DNA of 58,264 bases, filler included, from Basidioascus undulatus (Eukaryota): NCBI GenBank assembly GCA_000826855.1. It is 3 parts of 3 records of this genome, joined end to end, with 100 filler letters (N's around TTAATTAATTAA, not from the genome) between each part and the next. Parts side by side here need not be neighbours in the genome. Positions count along the whole stretch, not along the records: positions 38,933 to 58,264 come from JTLS01000426.1; 2 more parts are not named here. The stretch is one strand, 5' to 3'. The notes beneath the pieces were generated by a model. The model ran no database searches, was not told where the DNA came from, and was given only the letters and a program-made list of their open reading frames with translations. A program made the translations under genes and the position numbers. Below, in pieces: positions 48,897 to 58,264 of this stretch. Numbering within the stretch: the first letter of the stretch is position 1; each line of letters starts with the position of its first letter.

Positions 48897-50485
48897 TCAA
48901 ATGTCCATCGGCAGGTCAAAGAAGTCCGCCCTGCTCAGGAATGCCTCGTTGAGCTCAGGCCCAGCGACGTCGCTGTGCCCGACCCGCATCGCCCTGCAGC
49001 TCATCCATGAACGTCGACAGCGTGTGCAGGTGGCTGGGGTTGTAGAGGATGCGCCGGAGCGAGCATCGGGATGGGAGGGGGTGCTGGTGCTGAGTGGGGA
49101 ACGAACGGGGGTGCTTCGCAGTGGAAGGGAGCGAGCGAGAGGGGCGGGGCAGGAGGACGTGGAGGGGAAGGGGGCTGGCTGGGGAAAGGACGCGGACTGC
49201 TGGGGGGATGACTGCCTGGAGGGCCTGGCATTGGCGGAGCCCGGAGCGAGGCCCTTCGCATGTAGGCGCTGGTGGAGTAGCGCGAGGCTGCGCGAGATAC
49301 CGGGCGTATGCCGCACGCCCTGGGACAGCACGCGGAGGACAAGCGCGAGCCGGTCATTTGCGACCTGCACTCGCGCAGACTGCCCGCTGAGGATATCGGC
49401 GGCATCGATCGTGGACGCGACATAGCAGGTATAGGAGAGGAGGCACGTTATCTGCGTGAGCGAGAACGTGCGCTCATGCAGCCCGAAAAGCGCGTGCATC
49501 TCGGACGATATCCTTCTGGCAGGTCGCGAGCGCGTGGTCGCGTAGGCCGGGGGCTTGAGGGGCTGCCGAGCAGGGAAGAGACGTCCGAGTAGGCGAATGG
49601 ACGGTAGAGGAGTTCCACACGGTGCGGTGCATAAGGCTGCCACCGAGAGCGGTAGCTGGTGAGTGAGAGTATACATTGACTCTCGTATGGAACACGCACT
49701 TGGGTGACAGTATATGAGGTGGTGGACATAGCGGTGGGAGCGCTGAGGTGTCGAGGTCGAGGCACGTCGGCAAGTCCTTATGCCAGGCGATGAGGCAGTC
49801 ATGGGCGGCCTCGATAGACTTGATGAGCTCGGGGTGAGGCGTCTTGTTCACATAGAGGCGCGTGAGGATGAACTACCTGGAAAACGGCAGAAAACCGGGC
49901 ATGTGTACTGTCTTCATGTAGTTCATCTGAAGAGGGGTGAAAGTCCACTGCCATCCAAATGCACCTCCGCGTACGTGTGCACTTTCGGACGACTCGGACC
50001 CTCGAGAGTCCCAGGTATCCCGCATGCACTCGGCTAAACGAAAGCGTTCACATCCATCCAACCGAGTCGGAAGGCTCAAGTCAATCAGCCTTGACCAGCG
50101 GAATCGAACAGAGGTTGCGCACGAAGAATCAAAAAAGCATTAGTCCTGAACCGCGGAAGCAGCTGAAGTTGAGGTAGTCTAAGCCTGGGCTGCGAAAACC
50201 GAAACCACAACCTCACTCTCCAGCGATCCCGGCCCGCTCGGGACCGTAGACGGTTCTGCTCGGTAAAGAACCAAGCTGCCTGCAACTGCATATATGAGAC
50301 GAGATGGATAGCGGGGTGAGCTCGAACGGAGAAGCCGGTTGAAGGCGGAAGCAGCATTGCTGCGAGGCGCGAGTAGTGTAAGTGAGCGGGACAGACGCCA
50401 GTCCACTTTGAGGAGTGTTGGATCGAAGGTTTCCAGAGGAGGATGAGCGGTGGTGTGGGAGTCGAGAGGTTGAGGAGGTCCATGA
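48897..50485 (-). pseudogene. Fungal-specific transcription factor middle-homology/C-terminal fragment; no Zn2Cys6 cluster seen
   Basis: ILTRLY, LIAWHKDLPTCL..LCPPPHIL, HERTFSLTQITCLLSYTCYVASTI and HTPGISRSL; in-frame stops upstream; the 5' end abuts the EFM7 3' region. Confidence 0.6.
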
Positions 50486-50744
50486 GGATATTCGGGCAAT
50501 GAGAGAGCGCCAGAGGCGCGAGCGGGAGAGGGAGGGCGCGATGGGCGTACACATGAAGAGATGCCGGTAGAGAGCGGGCGGGGCAAGATGGGGAAAGCCG
50601 CGCGAATTGGAGAGGATTGGGAGTGGGCGATGCGCGATGCTTCGAGTTCGAGAGCGAGAGCGAGAGCGAGAACGGTCATGTCCACCGGCCCAACCGCCCA
50701 CACCCCTCCGCAGCCTCCCCAACTTCTGTCCTTGCAACCATCCA

Positions 50745-51699
50745 TCACCTCTCCTCCCCCTCCTCCCTCCAAAGCCTCCATCCCCACACCGTCCTGCGCA
50801 CCTCAACATCCCCCTGATCCTCCACAAACATCTCCCTCTCCATCCTCCTCTCCAGCACCTTCTCCACCGCCCACCCAGTCTCCCGCGCAAGCTCAAAGAA
50901 CCCCATATCCTCCTTCGCCTTGTGCGGGCGGTGGTGCGTGTAGAACACCAGGACCGAGCCCCCGGGCGCGAGGGCGGCGGCGCACGTGCGCAGCAGCGCG
51001 GAGTGCTGCGAGTGGTTGAAGATGAGGTCGGAGAGGAGGAGGGTGTGGAAGGAGGAGGGGGTAGAGGGAGGCTGGCCCCAGAGGAGGCCCTGCGGGTACA
51101 GGGGGAGGTTACTTAAGGAGGGGGGGAGGGGAGGGGAGGACGCACAGAAACGGCCACGAGGGGTTGGAAGGCAGGGGGGATGTTGGTGGATACGTTGTGA
51201 CGAATGTTGTCGAGGAGGGGCTCATCCGGGTAATCAGTAATCAGGACCTGCCCTTCCACCTTTGAGTCTCACGAAGCGAGGACGTAGAGCGAAAGAACGC
51301 ACCTCCTCCGCCCCCTCCAGCGCACACACCAACCCCGGCAGCGCCCCTCCCGCGCCCAACTCCAGCACGCGCTTCTCCAGCACAAACCTCTCCCTTTCGC
51401 TTGTCAAATACTCTGCAAACACGCGCGCAGCGTTCCAGAGGTGGTGGGCCTGTCCTCCTTCTCATCAGCCTTCTCCCGCTCTTCCTTCCCCAAAATGGCA
51501 GAGTGGGATGTACCCAGAGAGGATGCGCCCCAACAAGCCGTATAGAGAGTTCGCGGTCCCCGCGGTGGGCGTAGGACTCGAACGTCGGCTCGGGCGGCGG
51601 GGGGGACGGCTCGCGAGGGAAGACGCCGTCGAGAGCGAGATCGGAGTCGGAGTCGGAGCCGCTGGCGGAGCGGAGGGAACGCGCGGGGGAGGGGGGCAT
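50745..51699 (-). CDS. EFM7: Protein N-terminal/lysine methyltransferase EFM7 (NNT1-like)
   Basis: IRLVGAHPLWGHHLWNAA, VLELGAGGALPGLV, ITDYPD, LSDLIFNHSQH, VFYTHHRPH and MFVEDQGDVEVRRTV. Confidence 0.93.
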
Positions 51700-52473
51700 T
51701 CTATCTCGCGGAGGAGGGTATAGAGAGGAGGAAGAGATGGGGGCAGGCTGGAAGACTGGGAAGCAGGAAGGCTGGGAGCGCGAAGGGGGAAGATTGGAAG
51801 GTGTGCGTGGGAGTTGAGGAGGTAAGTCAGCCCTCCAAGTCTGATTGTCGGATGGACGACAGACATCACAGTATCTTTCAATGGCAACATCGTCTGATGC
51901 AGTTTGTGCTGTACAACATAGATCAAATTAAAACCTGGGAAATTTTTATAGGTACAGGAGGTAGATCCCAAGGAAGTACCTGAAGTCAAGGCAGCTCGTT
52001 GCCGCTTGTGATTGGCACACATGCCACTGCAACGCTCCTTCGCACTTCCTTTCACATCCTGATACAAACCCTGCGTACAGCTATATTTCCAGTCATTCAC
52101 ATTTCCAAACAATGGAAGCACAGAGCAAAAAAACAAAAAAAAAAAATGTCCAGGACCGCATGAGTGACGACCACCCGAAGCGGGCCATCCCATCCACAGC
52201 CCTTTGTTCGCAGTGCTTTGTCCTTTCACTTCGCCTCAATAACAGCGACCATGGACTTGCTCCTTCTCGTTCGCCACTTTCTTATCCTTTCTGACTTTTT
52301 CATCCACTCTGATCTGTCTGTTTATACCTTGCCACTCCTCGACGGAGACCGACTTCTTGCACTTCCTTCCGCACCTGCTAGCCAGTGACTCGACCTCACT
52401 GTCCTTTCTTCTTCCACCTCTCCCTCGCATTCTCACCCCAATTGCCCAGACAGTCTGGTTCTTCAGTTTCTCA

Positions 52474-54375
52474 ATGCAGCGCTTCTACCTCTTCCTTTGC
52501 CTCCTTCTCGTCCCCCTCCCCCTCGCCCGCGCGTATTGGATCCTCCAATCCACCTCCCTCCAAAACAAGCGGATCGACCCGAACGACTCGCCCGGCCGCA
52601 CATCCGAGCACGTTCACGCCATCGTGGGCGGAATCAACTTTCGTGATACTTATGTGTATGAGGAGATGCGGGCGAGCGGGTGCTCGAGCGTTCCGGTTCA
52701 GGTGTGTTTGCCTGCTGGTTCGGGGGGTTTGAAGAACGCGTTTTGAAGGGTGTTGGGCAGCATAATGTATGGGAAAACAGGAGGGCAAGAGTGGTTACTG
52801 GACTCCTTTACTCTATCATTATAATTTCACCACGGGCGAGTTCAACGCGATCGGTCCATCTCTCCTCCTTCCCTCCTTTTCCCCCTCTCCTCTCACCAAC
52901 CCCCCTCTCCCCGACAGATTACTACAGCAATCACGTCCGACCTTCCTCTCCCCTCCCCTCATCCTACTTCCACCAACTCACCCGTGCACCTACACGCCCG
53001 CAGTATTATCTCCAGCGCCCCGGACCCGCAAACGAAACGATCCAAGCCTTTCCCGTAGGGCTGCAGATGGTCGCTGGCGACCCGCAACGGCGGACGTACA
53101 ACGCTTCGAACTTCGCTGACCAACCTGTTTCGTTCGTTTGTCTGGTACGTGATTATCCCTCATTTCTGTAACTTTGCTAGAAGGCGGCTTACTGAGGGGA
53201 CATGGAAACGCAGGACTCGGCCAGCCATGACGGCGACCCGGCGTGGGCGGAGCGGGGGGATTTCTTTAATCACACGTGTGGGTCTCCTCTTTCTTTTACT
53301 GATACTGGAAGGACCAGGAATTTGACTGCGATTGTTTTCGTTTCTTCGTGATTTCAGGTCCCGGCGGACTGAGGGCTCAGGTGTTCTTTCCTTCGTGCTG
53401 GGACGGCGTGAATCTGTTTAAGGAGGACGGGTCGCACATGTCGTGCGTCTTTGTGCGTTGTCCAGTTCTTCTCACGCAGTGTCCTCGTGTCTTGATGGAT
53501 CAGGTATCCCATCCAGGACTACGTGCGTCCCCCTCCCGCTGCTTCCCTTCAGGCCTCAGCGCTGATTTTCACTTTCACACAAAACAGAACAGCGGCGACT
53601 GTCCCCCGACTCACCCGATCCACCTAATCTCGCTCTTCTACGAGTTGTGCGTCCTCCCCACCCCCATCCCTCACGCTCATCTCAGTCTCGGTGCCCGTAG
53701 CATCTACGACGTCGGATCCTGGCCGTTCATCGAGGGGCAGACGAACTGGGTCCTCTCCAATGGGGATACGACCGGCCTCTCTTTTCACGGGGACTTCGAA
53801 ACCGGTGCGCCATTCTTTCCCGCTCTCCCACCTGTCTCCATTCCTCCCTATCTCCTCACCTTTACCTGAACCTTCTTTTCTCCTCAACACCGACTCACCC
53901 TCCTCCCCTGGACTTTGGCAGGTTGGGACCCCCTACTCCTCCAGCGCGCCATCGACGAATGTACGGGCGAGATCGGCGGGAACCTGGAGCAGTGCGCGCC
54001 GCTGTGGGAGAGCGTGGACGTGGACAAGGCGAAGGCTTGCAAGGCGGTTGGACAGAAGGTACAGGAGGATGTGGAGGGTCCGATGGGAAAGCTGCCGGGG
54101 GATAATCTACTTTGGGGTGGGGCGGGGGGAGGTGCGTTAGCCGAGGACGGGGGAGAGAGGGGGAAGACTGATCAGGAGGAATTACTGCAACAGCGAATGG
54201 AACGACGACGGGGACGTCGACGGCCAGCTCGACTGCTTCTGGTGCTGCCACACTCACCAGCAGCGCCTCCATTGCTAGCACTTCCACCACCCTTGCGTTC
54301 ATGCCCCCGAGCAGCGCAACCATTGCTCCCGCGCCTCGACGGCGCCACGGCAGGCCGCACCGCCTCCGGCACTGA
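52474..54375 (+). CDS. Secreted DUF1996-domain protein with Ser/Thr-rich tail
   Basis: Signal peptide, then RIDP..SPG..SEHVHAIVGG, KSGYWTPLLY, AFPVGLQMVAGDP, GLRAQVFFPSCWDG, CPPTHP..LISLFYE, VLSNGDTTGLSFHGDF and GWDPLLLQRAIDEC. Confidence 0.92.
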
Positions 54376-55415
54376 CGCGTTGCACCTGCGTTCTTCGCCC
54401 TTTAATTCTTATATTACCTTTTTTTCTATCCCGGCTTATTTTGGTTTTATCTATGATGTCTACTAGCCGTGTACTCTAATGCTTTTCCGCCGAGCCGTCA
54501 ACGTCGTTTTCGCTGGACAGGGCTGTTGCGCTGTGCAAGATGACCCTTTTCGCTTTTCACATGCGGTGTATGACGGGATGCTCCTCGACAGGCATGCAGT
54601 TAAATTTGACAATGGGAAACTTGCCTTAAGTAACCCACCGTCGGCTTTCTGCTTTGCTTTTGCAGTCGGCCCATCATGACCGCTCTAGCCCCCACGCAGG
54701 TCCGCATCCCGGCTGGAGACGTCGTATAGGCAGCTTGCCTGCGGTGTGTTGAGAACGGTGGGAAACGGAAGAGCCACTCACGGTGTCCGAAGGGCCGGGG
54801 AGGAGAATCTCGCGCCCGAGCAGCTTGAGGCGGCGGTCTGCGACCGTCTAACTAACCGGGCAGCAGCAGCCGGGATTAGATTCTCTTGACCTTATCTCTC
54901 AAGATCACCTTGTCTGAAGCCGCAAGTCCTGGAGCACAGGACGTGAAGACACGGCCTGAGACCCGAAAGTACGACAGCCGCGGCCCTGCGCCTCGATAAC
55001 AACCATATCTACAGGGTCTTTCGGATTCGTGCCAAGCCGCTCTCCGTGCGGAGTAGCGAGGAGGGAGGGAGGAGCCCCGCTCGCGAGCCGGAAGGAAGTT
55101 GTGTGGACCCGCTCATGAGTCGTATCCGTGCCGAACCTCTACTTATACCCGTCACATCAGAGCTGTTCGCTTGGCTGTTCATAATATTTGTCCTTCTTTC
55201 GGCCGTCCCGCAGTCCCTGCCTAGCGTCTTCGCGAATGTATGCCACGGCCGCTCCTGGGCAGCTGGAAACTCAGTTGCTCGGCTGCGACTTGTCTTCCGG
55301 CGTCAAGCCAAAGTGCTGTGAGGATATAAAGGAAATGGACATTTGGATCTTCATACATTTATTTCTCCCAAATCCCTCGCATACCCTGCGCCTTTTCAAC
55401 AGGAGCGTTGAGAAA

Positions 55416-56660
55416 TGGCCCATAACCACAATCACCCTCACGGGGCACCCGAGAATGCACTCCTCGACACTGAGATACGTCTCCCCGTCGACGCGACACC
55501 GTCAACGGAAGAGAACCTCGAGGGCACGATCCGTGTCCCAACGCCCATTGGAGGCACCGATGTGGAAAAGGTCGCGGAGCAGGAATTCAAGATAGTGACG
55601 TTCGAAGAAGGGAAGGGGGAGGGAGAACCAGAGGGAATGGAGCATTGCGAAGAAATGGTGAATCGCGTCTTTCCGCTCCCCAATGTACCTATAAAAATGC
55701 CTTATTCTGCAGAGTCGCTAAGAGCGGTTGGGAATGCAGGTTCGTCACATTGGTCGTCGCAGGGTTGTGCTTCACCGTGGCTCTCGGTTCGGCACTGCCC
55801 ACTGGCGAGTGCGTATCGTCTGGTCCATTATTGGTGCTTGGAATCATTACTGACTACCGGAGATCAAAAATAGCTTGACCGATAATCAGAAGGAGTTTGG
55901 GATCAAGACTGTTACCGTCAATGCGTCTATCACCCTCTTGTGAGAGTTCGCGAGCATGCGTTACAGTTTCACTGCTGACCAGCCTCGGCAGCGTGGTGGG
56001 CTTCGGCGTACTCCCTTTCAAGCTGATGTGGACTGCATCGCAACCATCTGACCTTTTTTTTTTGGACCGCTATTCTTCGCTCCCCTGAGTGAGAACTTCT
56101 CCACCTATGGTTTTCAGTATCTGACCGCGACGTTACAGGTGAGGAGTACGGGAAACGTCCGGTATACATGATCTCAACGGGGTTTTTTTCATCTTCACAC
56201 TCTCATGCGCACTGGCCAAAAATATGGAGACACTGCTGGTGTGCCGCCTGGCAAGTACTGTCCCACCCCTCCCCTTTGGTTCGGCATGTCACTCATGCTC
56301 ACGCTGCATTTCCTTTTCTCAAGCTCGGCGGCAGCGCAGCAAGCTGTCCAATGACAAACGTCGGCGGCAGTGTGGCCGACCTCTGGGCTGTGGAAAAGGG
56401 CGGACTTGGTACGAGAGTCTATTTTGGGTACTTAAAGGTTGACCCACCCTCTGAACGAACCCTGTTCCTACAGCAATGGCCATCTTCAGTGCGACTATCT
56501 TCATGCCGTACTTGCTTGAAGTTTTTGTGCTTCCATGCTGAGCTACTGCTTTAAAAAAATCCTGCATGGGACCGTTTCGTGCGTGTTGTGTTGGCACACT
56601 GCCCCTGCCTGAAGCTGATCAGTCTGTCACCCTCCTTAGTGGGTGGTTTCATCGGGGCGG
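55416..56660 (+). pseudogene. MFS drug:H+ antiporter (DHA1) N-terminal half, frameshifted and truncated
   Basis: EWSIAKKW, FTVALGSALPTG, EEYGKRPVYMIS, PMTNVGGSVADLW and MAIFSATIFM. Frame breaks near 55620 and 56185; no C-terminal half seen. Confidence 0.75.
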
Positions 56661-58264
56661 AGTGCCCTCGACCTTGCCAACCGTGACCTACCGCAACACG
56701 GTCGCACCCGCTCACCCGCCTGTGTGTCCATTTTACACACCGTGCGAGAGTCTGCCTACCTTTCGTAAAGGTAGGTGATTCATGAACTTGGATCCGACTG
56801 GACTCGCTGGGTTGCCATTCGCACGCCAGTGGGTTGCTGCTTCTCTCTCCTCAGCTGTGGGGCGAGGCTGGTGTTCGTCTGTGGACCAACGTTTGCGGGT
56901 TAATCAGGCGTTGCGAATGGCAACCATGTCGAGAACGGCAAAGGATCTGAGTTCCAGAGAACACGAGAGCAAGCCCTGATGGCCGTTACCTGACCGGTAA
57001 TGCGTTATCGGTCGCCTAGCGGGTCTGATGTCGCGATAGACACGGCAAAGAGGAAGAGCAGACGGCGGTGCATATAAGAGACAATTCCTGCCCCTGCCAA
57101 ACAGAGAAAGATACGCAGACGAGCGTAGGGCTTGAGTCTGTGCATTGCCTCCGCCTCGCTGCCTTCGTTTCCACACCAGCCCGCTGGGATGACAGCTTGC
57201 CACGAAGACAACCACTGCCCATTCTCCACCAACGAGTATCCCGAGTATAATCAGCAGTCCTAGATTCCTATCCTGAAAGCAAAACTTTGGATAAAAGGCA
57301 GCGTCCAATTTTGAGGTAAGCAGCCGACCCTATCATGGAAGGCGCCATACGCGCGGCAGAGAAGGACCAGGCGTTCGAGGGGGATTGATGTCAAATCTAG
57401 GAGGTTCAGTGTGACTGTGAGGCTTTCGAGAGTGGACCGGGTCCCGTCTTGGCTGGAACGAGCACATGCGCGATGAGAGACGAAGACGAAAAGAGATGAG
57501 AGACCGGGTTCGAGAACAACTTTACGGCCATATGATGGGATTCAGTATGTAAAGTGGAGATAATTAAATATATGCGATCGAATTCGAACGGTTTGAAGTT
57601 GATGCCCGACACGGTCGAAACCCGGCAGGCGGACGACCGCCCGATGTGGAGCTCGCCACGAACATCGAGGATAGAGATAGCGAATGCCTTCGTAATGATG
57701 AAGACTAATCCATTCACAGATTATAGTTCAAGGATGACCGTGATCCGCTCCTGTTTAAAACGGTCCGGCGCGCTGACGGACGGCAGCCGCAAGATGACGT
57801 TAGAAGGTAAGTTGGAGGAGCGTGAGAACGACTGAAGGGAATTTGGAAGAGCGGAAGAACGACCATCTTCGTAAGAAGTAAGACTGATCCGTGCAAGGAT
57901 GTGGGGCCAGCGAAAGGCATAGCCTTCGAGGGTACGCCATCGCCTCGAGCAGATCGAGAGCCGTCCGGACGGACACATCAAGTCGCCTCCCTCCGGTTTG
58001 TCTTAAATTTATCCAATCTGAATGATCCCACCTGTGAGCGGCTCCCTGTCCAGCCAGGTCTCCTCGTCTACGAAACGCACCTACTCACCATCACACCCAT
58101 TTACGCACCCGGCGCCCCACCGCCTCCCTGCGCCGCGGCAGCGGCTCCCCCACCCTGGACACCCTGGGATCCCTGTGCACCCTTTGCCCCCGCCGCACGC
58201 TCCTCTGCCTTCTTGCGCTCCTCCAAGATGCTGGTGGGAGGTGGTGAGCGGCAGGAGGGTGAGG

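Noticed and set aside
57400..57981. Minus-strand frames with LSICSRRWRTL, weakly F-box-like
   Set aside because: Single weak motif interrupted by a stop; insufficient support.
1..58264. CRISPR arrays, rRNA, intact transposons, PKS/NRPS backbone genes
   Set aside because: None seen; no regularly spaced repeats or hallmark domains.

Overview
Eukaryotic, intron-rich (GT-AG introns mostly 50-90 nt, CTRAC branch sites), GC-rich fungal DNA; intron density and gene content suggest a basidiomycete. Two 100-nt scaffold gaps carry an artificial TTAATTAATTAA linker. Apparently intact genes: tubulin cofactor D, a sulfotransferase-like P-loop protein, a SYLF/Ysc84-type protein, an intron-containing tRNA-Ala(CGC), mitochondrial ClpP, LEU1, a cation/H+ antiporter, a PEBP protein, an M20 amidohydrolase, an allantoate-family MFS transporter, EFM7/NNT1 and a DUF1996 secreted protein. 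Between them lie many damaged accessory genes: PhyH dioxygenase, 5-formyl-THF cyclo-ligase, class 3 lipase, MYND finger, DszA/NtaA-type monooxygenase, RTA1, a transcription-factor fragment and a DHA1 MFS. Best candidates for novelty: (i) a secreted, dibasic-site-processed repeat protein resembling repellent/KEP precursors; (ii) a ~1.5-kb direct duplication of an orphan gene with a conserved promoter motif, whose second copy has replaced the 5' end of the PhyH gene; (iii) a possible monooxygenase/M20 hydrolase/transporter scavenging module; (iv) a Cys-rich YvgO-like small protein. All family calls come from motifs recognised by eye, with no database search. Gene spans are outer CDS limits from manual splicing and some are approximate.
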